Shown here: positions 1 through 13,200 of the stretch, piece by piece
Position numbering within the stretch: position 1 is the stretch's first letter
How the letters are laid out: the number at the start of each line of letters is the position of its first letter
Assembly (NCBI GenBank): GCA_965112735.1
Contig: OZ218950.1
Location: forward strand, 2,852,001 to 2,916,000
Source: Phaeosaccion multiseriatum
Taxonomy: Eukaryota; Protista; Ochrophyta, other classes
Reading direction: 5' to 3'
DNA length: 64,000 bases
Position numbers and translations under genes: made by a program
The notes under the pieces: model-generated
The model's input: only the letters and a program-made list of their open reading frames with translations
What the model was told of the DNA's origin: nothing
The model's database searches: none

Positions 1-2507
1 CTGCTGCTGCTACTGCTGCTTGTTGCTGAAGCCAAAGCTGAAGCTGAAGCTTCCTTCTCCCCATCGCGAGGTCCTGCTGTTATATCACCAACTGCTGCGG
101 CTAAGCTGTAGCTGGGCAAGGGGATACGCCACACGGGCATCCACTCCACCCCCTGCAGCGTGATGGTGCTCCCCTCCTCTGCCCCGAGGCGGCGCTCAAG
201 CTCCCTTCGCATGCTTGGCATATGGCACGCTCCGTACAGCACGCCCACTGCGCTGCCCACATCAGCTGCCATCCCACCACCACCAGCAGCAGTGTTGACG
301 CTCTCTTTCAAGGCTGCCGTGATGGCGTCAATTGCCTTGTAGTTCCGAGCTGATATGAGCACCGAAGCTTGGCCTGTGCCCAACAAGAGCAGGGATGGGA
401 GAGCGTAGAGCAAAGTCTCGTTGAAACGTTGGTTCGTGACTGAGTAACACGGCCGATCGCCAACTCCAACAAGAACACCCAAAACCCGTAACCAATACAT
501 AACCTATCCTCGGCTCCCTCTACACACACGAGATTCCTCCCCCCGCCCTTGATGAGATACTTCCTCCTTCCCAGCAAGCACCGTACCTCACTCACTCATT
601 GATGCTTTTCTCTGCCTCAGATCCTTCCCCTCACCCTCATGTCCTTCCCCTCACTCACTCAGCGCACCATTTTCTTCCTTCCCTCCTTCCCCTCCCTCCC
701 TCACTCCTTTTTACTACCTTCCCTCCTTCCCCTCCCTCCCTCAAGTACACCATTTCACTACCTTACCTCCGTTCCCACGCTCACTCAAGTGCCCTCTTTA
801 CTACCTCATCTCCTTCCCCTCCCTCACTCGCTCAAGTGCTCCGTCTTACTGCCTTACCTCCTTCCCTCTCATTCCCTTCACTCACTAAAGTGCACTCTCT
901 ACTACCTTACCTCCTTCCCTCTGGTTGGACACAAGCTGCTGCGCAAAGCACAGTCTCCGTGCCGTGCCCACATCTCCTCGCAACAAGCACTCCAGCACAC
1001 GCGACAGGAGAGAAGACAAGCCACCCGCTCTTGGAGAAGCTCTGCTCCAATCCAGGAGGATCATGTTCAGCTCCGGACAGGGCACGGCCCAGAGGAGAGC
1101 CCGCAGCAGCAAGATGGGCCCTCGCAGCACCCCTTGCAGGAAGGGCGAGGGCAGCACTGCCTGTTGTTCCTTCGCCCTGCCAGTTGTGAGGGCTTGCATC
1201 ACCTCCCGTATCTGGCCCACCCAAGGGGGAGTCGCGCCAAGTACAGACTCGCCCAACTGAGCCTGTGGGACACGGACACGGGGATGACATGAGAGGTATA
1301 CGGGATACATACGAGGGAAGGATGGGTGGGGGGAGTGGAGGGACGGAGGAGGGATGAAGGTCGGGTAGAGAAAGGGGGTCGGGAGGAGCGAAAGAATGCG
1401 AGAGAGGGAAAGAGGACGCAACGAACGGCACCATCGATGTGCGTGACCCAAAGGTGGTGAGGCCGGGCGCGTACGCTCAAGCCCAAAAGCCCGTGAGCTA
1501 CAGTTGCAGGCCCAACACTCCGTTCCTTCCTCCCCCAAATCCTCCCCTACACACACAGTCGTACCTGCATACCCTGTATGGTTTCCTTGGGTATATCAGC
1601 AAGATACCAGTGGTCGTGCGCCGTGTAATCGATGCAGCCCAGCTGTGTCTGCATGCCGTAGGTCGAGGCCATTTGTGACAACTCCTCCGTGGGCAGAAGC
1701 TGCTCCGCCACCTTTCTCCGCCCCCACGCGTCTTGCTTGATGTTCTTCTTGGACGTGATGAGCTCGTACAAGAAGTAGTCGTATCTACGGTCGTGGAAGA
1801 GAGGTAGAGCCGCGGGGGAAGGGCCTTCAACAGTCACTCCAAAAAAGGGCCCGCATCGGCCCGCATGCAATCGCCTTCAACTCCTCGCCCCGCGCCTCTC
1901 TCTCGTCAATCCGTCGCCTCCGCCCCACCCCGCACCCCCGTTTGCCTCACCTGAAGCTGTCTCTCGTAATCCTGTCAAAGAAAGCAGCGTCGCCGACGTG
2001 CAGCGAAGAGAGGAGATCTATTCGCTGCTTACTTACTTCGGTCTGCGTCACGTGCTGCTGTTCGGTCTCACCCTCGGCAGCACCCTGACCTGGTCTCTGG
2101 CGCCGCTCCACCGAGTACATATACTTGGCGGCTTGCAATTGTACTTCGTCGTCGGTAGTCACCAGTCTCAAGCTGCCAACAGGGAGCTCCTCTCCAGCAG
2201 AGCCCGCCCCCTCCGCCTGGCCCGTCAGCACATCGCCCAAAGCTGCGGCGCGTAGGGCACTTGAGGCCGTACCAGTGATCGCGCACTTCGCCCGCCCCCT
2301 CTTCCTCCCCCTCGGAGCATGGGCTACTCTCGCTGACGTAGCAGCAGCTTCAGACGGTCCTGCCCGATTTCCTCTTGCAGACGCGGATACTGCTGCCGAG
2401 ACAAATGCCTCCGTTCGCGCGGCCTCGCCGTACCTGCCACTTTCGGCGGCCAGGAGCAGAGAGAGAAAGACCCCTTCCCTCTGCCATCTCCTGTGTCCCC
2501 GCCGCAT
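1..2507 (-). CDS. TraB/PrgY/GumN-like conserved protein, possibly plastid-targeted; multi-exon, 3' end beyond window start
   Basis: Exons at about 1950-2507, 1570-1830, 930-1280 and 1-375 give IDLLSSLHVGD, YDYFLYELI, QLGCIDY..WYLAD, VLISARN and VGVLYGACHM. This is the H/E/RN/GxxH order typical of TraB/GumN-like proteins. The N-terminus has a hydrophobic stretch followed by TEAFV. Confidence 0.6.
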
Positions 2508-2688
2508 ACTGTACCAATATCAGATATCAGTACATCGCACACTGCGCCGAGTGATTTCCCAGCCCAGCCGGAAACCACAGTTCTGAAGTCAGTGAAGGAT
2601 GAAACGGCGAGGTCGAGGGAGAGCTGCGTGACACGAGCATGAAGGAGTAAGCCAGATTCTCGAACGGTAAATAGCAGCCGCGGGCGCC

Positions 2689-5600
2689 ATGGGCCCCAAG
2701 AAGAAGGCCAATGCCGCAGCGGAGAGCGCGCCTGCGCCGGCTGCTGCTGCATCCACCCCTCCTAGCAAGGGCGGGGCAGGGGCGATAGGGGCAGGGCAGC
2801 AGGTCGCCCCTGCCGCCGAGATGCCCTTCAAGCTTGACCCAAAGGTTTGTGGTAAAGAGGGCACGGACAAGCGCCGTCATCCTTTCCATTGTAGCACTCC
2901 ACACTTGTGCCACGGCCCATACTCTTCTTTTTCCCTTCTATTTTCTTGTATCTTCTCCCCGTCTCCCACTCGCTTGCTCCTATCCTACCCTACCACAGGA
3001 GGCCAAGAAGCTATCAGTGCTTCTCAAGGCCAATGACAAGAGTAAGCGTATGCAGGCACTCCAGACGGTGCACACCAACCACGCATACATCCGAGAGGGT
3101 GGCTGCCTGCTCCCTCTTTTCGAAAGTCTAGTTCCCAAGAAGAAGACAATGGAGATTGTTCGCGAGTCTGTTAAGGTGCTCGCAGGCTACTTGGTGCACC
3201 CCTCTCTCACCCACAGCGTGGCTGTTGCCACCACCCCGCCGAGTGCTGCTGGGGGGGCTGCTGGCTCACAAGCAGCCACCAAGAAAAAGGGAGCAGCAGC
3301 AGCAGCAGCAGCAGCACCTGCAGCAGGAGGAGGATGGACGGAGGAGAACTCTTCTGACCTTGACGCTGGCGATGCAGTCAAGTACGCCAATGCCATTCTT
3401 GCCCTGAAAGAGGCGAAAAAGAAGGTCGGCAAGTACAAGATGGTGGAGGTGCTCAGCGAGCTACTCGTCGCCTCCAACCCCGACGATGCGCACAACATGT
3501 GGGCGGCCGTGCGTTGCTTGAACGCATTGGCCGGGGGTTTGGCCTCGATCTCTGCTGGCACTGCTGGCTCTGGCTCCTCCGAGGCCAACGCCGCCACCGC
3601 CGCATCTCTCCAAGTGGTACTGCTGACACCAGGCAAGCCAGTGGAGCGAATGGTTCAGCTGCTCCAGCGCTGTGAAGGGCAAGGCGGGAAGGGGGGAAGG
3701 GCAGCAGGAGCAGGGCCGGAGGATGGGGAGGGGACGGGGGTGGAGGGGGCGGGGTGGGCCAGCTACAGCTGGGAAGGAGCTCGCTTGCTGCTCCTGCGCA
3801 CCCTCCACACCTTCACCGGACAGGCGCGAGTGGCCGCCAAGAGTATGGTCGAAGCCAACGCGATACCCTTGCTCATCCACATGCTTGTGGCTTCCAACGA
3901 GCGAATCACAGCCGGTACGCACGGGGAGGGGGGCGCTGAGGGAGGAGGAGGAGGAGGAGGAGGAGGAGGAGGAGCAGGAGTTGACTGTGTCGACCCTCTC
4001 GTCGCCGCGCTTGTCAACTTGCTCCACACCGCCGCCTCTCTGCGAAGGGACGAGGACGGAGGCGCTGCGGTGGCCGAGCTGGGCAAGGTGGGGGCTTGGG
4101 GACCCGTGTTCAACGCCCTCCGAGGCGCCTGCATGCTCGGTCTCAACAAAGCTCTGAGCGCAGCTGCTGCTGCCACCACTGCTGCTGCTGCCCCCAGCAA
4201 GGGTGGTAGAAGAGGCAGCAAAGGGGGAAGCAGCGGCAGCGGTAGCAGCAGCAGCAGCGGCGGCGCTGCAGGAGGGGCTGCCATTCGAGACGCACTTGGG
4301 GTGGTGGCGCGTTGTGTAGAGATCCTGCGGGTCATGGCCATGGCGGGGGTGGGCAACTCCAACGACCCGGCTGCCCTCAAGCTCGGCATTCAGGCCATGA
4401 GTGAAGTGCTCGGTCTCCCAGGTACGGTACGGTGCGGTATAGGTATAGGTAGCAGGGAGAAGGGAAGAAGGTAACCAGTAGCCAACCCAGTCAGTCAGTC
4501 AGTCAGTCAGTCAGTCAGTCAGTCAGTCAGTCAGTCAGTCAGTCGTCAATCTCTCACCTCTCCCTCTCTCATCGCGATAATGTTCGATGTATCGATTCCC
4601 CCCAACAGGCCTGGACCAATCCGACCCCGCGGTGAGTCTCATTCTGGCGGGGGTGACCAAGGCGCTGGGCAGTATCGCCTGCCTCAGGGAAGACACGAGG
4701 AGAGTGGTGTGCGAGGCAGGGGTGCCGGCTCTGGTCTTCCCCCTCATGGCGCCGACCATCGCCAGCAGCAGCGGCGATGGCAGCAGCGAGGGTGCGGGTT
4801 CTTCGTCGTCGCCGTTGTCGTTGTCGTTTTCGTCGGGCATGGAGAGCGATGCGTCCCTCCACCTGCGCAAGACGGCAGAGAAGTGCTGCCACCACTTGAT
4901 CACGGTCCGTGGCAGTGGCAGTGGCACGACGGGGTCTTCTCTGCTGCAAGTGGATTCGAGGATGCTGTGCGTCGCCAAGCCTGTCGACTCGGAGACCCTC
5001 GCCAGTGGTGGTGACGAACCAGCGGGCGAGGGGGCGGCTGGGGATCGCGCGGCTGCTCAAGACAACGACAAAGACAAAGACAAGGGCGGAGACGGAGACG
5101 GGGAGAGCTGCTCAGGCGCTCCGTACCTGTCTGTGGAATCCCTTGTGGCCGCGCTGGGGAGTAGCAATCTTGACGTGCGGCTTCGCACCGTGCGCCTCGT
5201 GGCCAGGCTCGCCACATCCGCCGAGTGCGCTGCTGCGCTCGGGGCTACGGCTGTGCCTGAGCTGCAGCGGTTGGTGAAGTGGTGGGTGCGCACCAAGATT
5301 GACCCCTTGCAAGGCGCCGCAGAGACTCCGAGGGAGGACGGAGCAGGAGGGGCGGGCGGAGCGGGAGGAGGAGGGGCTGCTGCGACCAAGAAGGGAGGAG
5401 GGAAAGGAGGCAGGAGGGAATCCTCCGGAGGCGCAGGGAGGAGACCAAGCAAGCAGGCCCACGACGGGACGGAGGGAGAGGGTGACAAGGAGCAAGAGGC
5501 CACTGCCGCTGCCTTGCTGAGAGCCGAGAGAGCCGAGAGAGCCGCCGCTGCGCAGGAGGCGGATGGTACGGGAGTGAGGCGGGACGAAGGGCTTGTGTAC

Positions 5601-8221
5601 ACGTGTCAGACCCTCCTGCGTCTGTGCGAGGCCAGCAGTGAGGCCTGCGTGGCGGCGGGCGGGAAGGAGATGGTCACCTCCCTCGTCCAGGCGGTGTCCT
5701 GCATGCCCTGCCGCGCAGTGGACTTCCTCCACCCTGCCACTGCTACTGCTACTGCTTCACCTCTCTCCTCGGCGGCGGCGGCGGAGAAGGAGGAGGAGGA
5801 GGGCGATGGAAAGAATGACGAGAAGCACCGAAAGGACGAGACGGGGGTCCCCCGCCTGCCGCTGTCCGACGGCGGCGCCGGCAGCTCGGGAGACGGAAAC
5901 GCTCCCACAACTGCTACTGGTGGTGTATCACCAACTGCTACTGCTGCTGCTGCTGCTGCCGCAGTGGCCTCTACGAGCGCGGCGAGGCGCGACCTCTCAT
6001 GGCGCGGTCATCGTTCTGTGGACCGCGCGATACGTCTGCGCTGCCCGCTGGACTGGGCCTGGGACTTCCAAGTGGATGAGTACGGTGAGTGAGTGAGTGA
6101 GGGAGGGAGGGAGGGAGTGAGTGAATAAGTGAGTGACTGAGTGAGTGACTGAGTGAGTGAGCGAGCGAGTGACTGAGTGAGTGAGTGAGTGAGTGAGTGA
6201 GTGAGTGAGTGAGTGAGTGAGTGAATAAGTGAGTGAGTGAGTGACTGACTGACTGAGTGAGTGAGTGAGTGAGTGAGTGAGTGAGTGAGTGAGTGAGTGA
6301 GTGAGTGAGTGAGTGAGTGAGTGAGTGAGTGAGTGAGTGAGTGAGTGAGTGAGTGAGTGAGTGAGTGAGTGAATAAGTGAGTGAGTGTGAGGGTGTGAGG
6401 GCGTGAGTGCGTGAGCTCAGTCCGTCGGGCAGGCATATGAGCAGACACATGCTCTCACACCTTATCCCCGCTACACGTCACCCTTTTGGGGTCGTTTGTC
6501 AGATCGTTTGTCCTCCTCTCCTGTCTGATCCTCCCCCCAACACCTCTGCCTTTCCCTCCCCTTCGGCCTCCCTCCTTCCCTACAGGCCCAGCAGTGCAGA
6601 ACGACAGTGTGGTGCGCGCTACCGTTCTCCGGGTGCTGAGCTCCCTCGCCAGGGGCCACAAGCGATTCCGACCGACACCCTTCTGTCCTTCTGCCTCCTC
6701 TCCAAATGGATCATCGCCAGCCGCCTTAGCTACCAAGGCCCCTGTAGCCAGTGGAGGAGGCGGGCCCGCCGGTGGTGCTGCGGCTGCCGCTGCCGCCGCC
6801 GCCGCTGCAGCCGCCGCCCTTCACTCTCCGGGTTTGGCAGGGGCGAGAGAAGTTCTAGATGCTGCCCTACCTCTCTGCCTCGATCTGCTGGAGGTGGACA
6901 CAGATCGAACCATCGCCAGACCGCGAAGCAGGGCCTCCTTGGGTGCTGACGTATCACCAACGGCTTCACCGCCACGTTGCTACCCCCCCACGCCGGCCAT
7001 GATGCTAATGGGCCGGCCTGTAGGATTGAACGAGGAGCTTCTCCACACCGACATCAAGCTCGCTTGCCTCGACCTCGTGAAGGATCTGCTGCAGCAGCTT
7101 GGTCACACCGCGAGGGAGGCTCTCCTTCACACGGCCCACGCACACCGCGGCGCGGAGTGGGCTGACTTGCTCGCCTCGCTGGACTTGGAGCACCGCCGAG
7201 CAGCGGCCCTGAAGGAGGGGCTGAGTGAGGAGGAGGCGGCGGAAGCGGTGGCGAAGGCGGTGCAAGAGGCACAAGAGAGGGCAAGGGAAACAGCGGAAGC
7301 GGCAGCAGCGGCGGCGGCGGCAGCGGCGCCGAAGGGCAAGAAGGGAGGAGCCTCTGCTGCTGCTGCTGCTGCTGCTGCTGCTTCTGGTACTGGGGCGGGT
7401 AGTGGTGTTGGTGGTGGGGGGGTGTCAGCGTTAGTTGGTGGTGCTGCTGGGACGGGCGAAGGAGTCAGTGCGGACGGCATCTGGGAGCCTCCCTCGGCCT
7501 TCACCATGTGGGACTTTGCGGCCCCACTGGCGACGACCGACAGCGACCGGACCACCGAGGAGGGAGAGGGAGAGGGAAAGGGAGGCGTCTCCTCTTCCCC
7601 CTCCACATCCACCACCACCACCACCACCACCACCACCGCGCCTTTGCACGCGGCCCTGCCCTACAGCAGAGTCGTGTGTGCGCTGTTGGGTCCTCTCACG
7701 AGTACCCACTCTCCCGCGGCGCATCTGCTCAGCGCTGTCTGCGCCCTGCGGAGCTTGTGTCAGGAGGAGAAGGGCGAAGACTCCAGCGCTGCTGCTGTAT
7801 CACCAACTGGTGTAGTGGCTGTTGGTTCTGCTGGAGCGGCCTCCGCGTCAGGTGCCATCAACAAGGAGGCGGACGGAGGTACGGAACTCTTTCCATTCCC
7901 ACTCAGGAGAGAAGGGTAGAGAATGCCATTCCTTCCATACGGGTAGAGAATGCCATTCCTTCCATCTTGCCTTGTGCCCCTCTCAGTACATGTTCCTCCT
8001 CTTCCTCCCTCCCTCCTTCCCTCCCTCCCTCCCCCCCAGCAGCAGCATCATCATCCGCCCGCTGTAACCCTACCCTCGACACGCTCGCCGGTGTCGTGGT
8101 AGGCCTGGGTGGCCTGGTGCCCCTCACCTCCCTCCTCGGGTGTGCCACTCGGCTCGCGACGGTCGCACGCAAGGACGCTCAAGCGATTGAATCTCTGTCG
8201 GGATCATCATCATCATCATCA

Positions 8222-8257
<36 letters not shown>

Positions 8258-9310
8258 GGCCCTCCCTCTGGAGCGATACTTGCTAACCTCTTTGATGGGG
8301 TGAAGGGCGTAGTGGAGGAGAGTCAGAGCTTGCTGCGGTATCTGCTCGGCCGAGGGGTGGACCGGCAGACCTACTGGGCCTCACTGCCAGCCGTCGAGGA
8401 AGAGGAAGCGGCGCAAGCCGGAGGAGGAGGTGGCGCGGCCAGCGGAGGGGCGGCAGGGGGAGCGGGGAAGGGAAAGAAGAAGGGCAGTGAGGAGGACAAG
8501 AAGGCAGCGGGCAAAGACGTCGTCGACGAGTCAGCGGAAGCGGAGAAGGAAGAGCCGAAGCCAAAGTTGGGTCGGCCAGACCCCAATCAAGGGCCCAACC
8601 AGCAGCAGTGGGCTTTGCTACTCAACGCCCCGGCCCCGCTTGAGCCGCATACGGCCGCAGAAGGCCTCACACCCCTCCTCGTCGCCGTGATGGTGGGCAA
8701 GCAAGAAGTGGCGCTGGAGCTCCTCAACGCTGGCGCCTTGCCCAACGTGCGGGGGCCCTCCTCCTCCTCCTCAGGGGGACTTACACCACTCATGCTCGCC
8801 CTTGCTCTTGGCATGGATGGGCTTGTGAGGGAGCTTGTAAGGAAGGGGGCGGACGTTGACGCCGAGGATGCAGCTGGAAACACTGTGCTCAAGTGAGTAG
8901 GGGGAGGGGGGTTAGTGTGGTTTGGTGTGTGCGTGCGTGCGTGCGTCTTGTTGTGGCTCCCTCCAAAGAACTTGTTGTACTATTTCTTTTGTGTGGTGGT
9001 CGTTCGCCTAACTCTCTCCCTTCATCATCCCACTGCTCTTGGCTCCCATCCTCCCCCTCCTCCTCCTTTTCTTGCGTACCCCCATCTTCCTCCGCTCCCC
9101 CCCCTCCTCCTCCTCCCCCGTCCCATCTTCCTCCCCCCCCCCCCCCCCTCCCCTCCTCCTCCTCTTCTTCTTCCTCCCCCCCGTGGCAGATACGCCTTCG
9201 TGAGCCCCCCCTCTTCCTGTATGCAGTCGTCCCTCCTCGCGGGCTCCCTCCTCTCCGCAGTCCTCGAGGCGGGCTTACACTCGTCCTACCTCTTCCCGCA
9301 CAACGCCCTC

Positions 9311-9343
<33 letters not shown>

Positions 9344-12300
9344 GGAGCAGGAGGAGGAGGAGGAGGAGGAGAAGGAGCAGGAGGAGAAGGAGGAGGAGGA
9401 GGAGCAGGAGGAGGAGGAGGAGGAGGCGGGGGCGAGGCCTCTACGTTTGCTGCCATGGCTGCTGCGGCAGCGGCAGGAGCAATGCCTGGAGCAGCAGCAG
9501 CAGCAGCAGCAGCAGGAGGAGGAGGAGGAGGAGGAGGAGGAGATCTCCTGTCCAGCACCTCGACGTCGAGACAGAAGAGAGGCTCTTCCAGAGGGGGAGA
9601 CAGCTCAGTCTCACCCAAGTCCGTCCGGCCTTCCTCAAGGCACAAGTGAGTGGCTTTGAGGGAGGGGGGTGGGGGGGGCTTCGGCTCTTGTCCTACACAC
9701 TTCTAGTCCTACACACACTCACGTTCGCCCCTTCCTTCCCTCCTTTCTTATTTTCCTTCCTTTCCCCCTCCCTCCCTCCTCCCCTCCCTCCCTCCCTCCC
9801 TCCCTTCCTCTCGTTCTACCCTCCTTCCCTTCTCCCTCTCTCCCTCCGCCCCCCCGCCCCTCTTCACTCTGCCTCTGATCTATGTGTGTGCCCTGTTTGC
9901 CCCAGGGGAAGGCGACGTTCAGTAGGTCGACGCATCTCCTTCAGCGCCAACAGCGGCCCCACCTCCCCCAATCTCCTTGGAACAGGCGATAGTCTCTCCC
10001 CACGGCCACAGAGTGGAGGCAGCAGCAGCAGCACAGGAGCAGGAGGAGGAAGTAGGCGGGCCCCTCAGTCCGCTCGCAGGGCGTATCACGGTGGATCACA
10101 CACAGGGAGGAGGGACAAGTCGCCGTGTGGAGGGAGAAGAGGGGGAGAAGCGAGAGCAAACGGTGAGTGAGTGGAGTGCTAAGGCTCTGTCTCTCCCGTC
10201 TTTGGGGGGGGGGGGAACAGAGCGGCCCTTCTGATACAGCAGGGCGGTGTGTGTGCCTTTCCTCTATCCGTCCTCTTCTGATACAGCAGGGAGGTGTGCC
10301 TTTCCTCTATCCTTCCTCTCGCTCATCGCTCCCTCCCTCCCTCCCTCCCTCCCTCCCTCCCTCCCTCCCTCCCTCCCTCACCCCCCTCCCTCACCCCCCT
10401 CCCTCCCCTCCCTCCCCCCCCACCCACAGAGCCGATGCAGTTCTCCATCCCCACCCTCAGCTGGTGGGAGCCCCTCTCTGTGCCAGGCAACAGTCGAATG
10501 GTCGAGTTCCTCCTCGAGAATGGAGTGGATCGAAATGTCTCCGACAGCGAGGGGGGGAATTACCCCCTGCACTGGGCCATCACGGGTGAGTGGGAGGGAG
10601 TGGGTGGGTGGGTGGGGTGGGTATGGATGGGTAGGTAGGTAGGTAGGTAGGTGGGTGGGTGGGTGGGTGAGTGGGTGAGTGAGTGGGTTGATGGGTGAAT
10701 GAGTGGGTGTGTTGGTGGGGGGGTGGGTGGGTAGGTGCCTTCCTCTATCCACTGCTATCCTCTGCGAAAGAGTAGGGCTAACCTTGACGGTACTCACCCA
10801 CCTTCCTCCTCTTGCTCCTCCTGCTCCTCTCTCCCATCCGCTGCCATACTCCGTCCCATCCACTGCCATCCTTCCACTCTCAGGGACCTCCATCGTGCTG
10901 AAGCTCATGACGCAGACCGTGAGGCTCAGGAACAAGGGCGGAGGTGAGGGGTGTGTAGCAGTTGGTGATACGGCAGCAGCGCAGCAGAGGATTGATTGCA
11001 TCTGTCGACAGGGCAAGTGTACTGAATGAAGTAGAGCATGTGTGGAGCTGTGCAGAGCTCTGTGCGTGTGTGTGTGTGCGGTGCATGTATGTGTGCGTGT
11101 GTGTGCATGTGTCAATGTGGATATGAAATAGAAACGAGAGAGAGCGCGAGTGAGCGCACCGATCGTCCTTGTGAACGACCACCCACCCTCACGCCCCCTC
11201 TCTATTTCTCTCTCTCTCTCTCCCTGCGCACTCGTGACGCCTTCTTCTCGGCGTTTCAGAAATGCTGCCTGAGCTCGTCCACGCGGGTGCGGCTCTGGAC
11301 AAGGCCAACAAATGCGGTATGACGGCCCTGCACAGCGCTATGCTCTCCGGTGACGCAGAGCTGGTCACTACACTGCTCTCGTTCGGTGCGTGCGGCAAAG
11401 GGGAGGGGGAAGGGGAGGAAGAGCGGTAGGAGGAGGGAGAGGGGGAGGGGAGGTGGTCACTGTGGCTGCTTGACTTACCCCGCGCTGCTGCTGCTGACCC
11501 TGTTGGCAAAACCCCTCCTCCCGTTCGTCTCGCTCTTTTCTGCCTTTCCCCCTCCTCTCTCTCCCTTCTCCCCACCCCCCCCCCGTCTCCCGTCCCCCTC
11601 CCTCCCCGTCCTAATGCAATCCCCCCCACACCACCACCTGCCCACACAGGCGCCAACCCGTCCATCTTAGACAGCAATGGCTGCCTGCCTCTCCACTACG
11701 CCTGCATGGTAGCCGCCCCAGGCTTCCTCTCCTTGGCTCAGCAACTTCTCATCCTCGGCTCCGGCCGTCCCCTCATCGAAGGACGGTACTCCGACCTTCG
11801 CAAGGGCAAGACCGCCCTGGAGAAGCTCTTGTTGGCACTTGAGCTTGTGATGGACAAGGGATTGGAGAGAGCGACTTGCCCGGCCTCCATCACTCAGCAC
11901 AGGGCCTCCAAGGGAGAGCTTCTCAACCATGTGACTGCCTCTTGCGGGGAAGGATGCACCCCCCTACACTACGCCTGTGGCACGCACATCACCTCCACAC
12001 CTGTGCTGCCGTCCGTGTCTTGTTCAAGTGGGATGGCAACCAACGGTGGTGATGGGACAACCAATGGTGGTGGCAGGACAACAGCTAGTGGTGGTGGTGG
12101 GGGTGCTGGTGCTGCTGCTGGTGCTGGTGCTGGCGTTGATGGTGAGAGCACCGGGTCGCCTCTGGTGCTGCCCAAGGCCGGCGAAGGAGTGCGGCTGAAG
12201 CTGGTGCAGTGGCTCCTTGCGCAGCCCGAGACGGACGCGCGAGTGAGGGGCCCCCGGGGCACGACGGCCCTGCACCTCGCGGCCAAGATCCCGGGGGGGG

Positions 12301-13145
12301 AGGAGCTTGTGCTTCCTCTCCTTGCCGCCGGGGTGGGTATCAATGTCGTGGACTCTCCCGTGCACAAGTTGGTGATACAGCAGGAGCAGCTTGAGCTTGT
12401 TGGACGGGAAGGACAAGAAGGAGGAGCCGGGGAGGCCGAGTTGGTGGAGGTAACGGCTGGGGCTGGGGCTGTATCACCAACTGCTGAGGCTTCTGCTGTC
12501 GGTAACGACTCAATATCCGGCTCAGGCTCTGGCTCAGGCTGTCCTCCTCCTTCTCCTCCTGCTCAGCGACTCACAGCGCTGCACTACGCGCTGGCAGAAG
12601 GCGCCAAAGCGGAGGCCCGTGTGACGGCGCTGCTCGAAGCAGGAGCGAATGCGTGGCTGCCCGAGGCGGAGGGGTACACGTGCCTGCATGCGGCGTGCGA
12701 GGCACCGGACACCAGCGGCACTGTGATTCGGCGCTTGCTGGATGGACTGGTGCGACCCGTCCCGCAGGAGGAGGGAGGAGGGGGGGGGGGAGGGGGGGGA
12801 GGAGAAGGAGGAAGATACACACCTTCGAATCACCAACTAGTCAACGCAGCCCTGGCCCCTCGAGTAGGCGGAGGGGCGCTGGGGGGGGAGAACGCTTACA
12901 CGCCCCTGTTCTCGGTACGTCAGCCAAGCAGAGGGAGGAGGACGCGACCTTTGCTTATCCTTGTTCCTTTTGTTGGTCCACCCACCCACCCACTCACCCA
13001 TCCATCCACCAGACCGCCCTATTGACTTCCCTCCTGACTGCCCTTCTGAACCCCTGCCCGCGCGCCTCCACGCTGCTCCTCTCTCTTCCCTTGTCTTCCC
13101 TTCTCTTGCTCTGCTCTGCTTTGCTCTGCTCCCATCTCTCTATCA

Positions 13146-13200
<55 letters not shown>

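Noticed and set aside
599-925. Pyrimidine-rich ORFs 599-1189 and 639-1292
   Set aside because: Intron of the minus-strand gene with degenerate CTCACTCAAGTGC repeats, plus antisense of an exon
5971-6450. ORFs encoding (HSLT)n, and similar (CV)n/(HT)n/(PSLP)n ORFs throughout
   Set aside because: Translations of intronic microsatellites
3187-9649. Many long antisense or alternative-frame ORFs overlapping real exons
   Set aside because: Expected shadow ORFs in GC-rich, triplet-repeat coding DNA; no domain motifs
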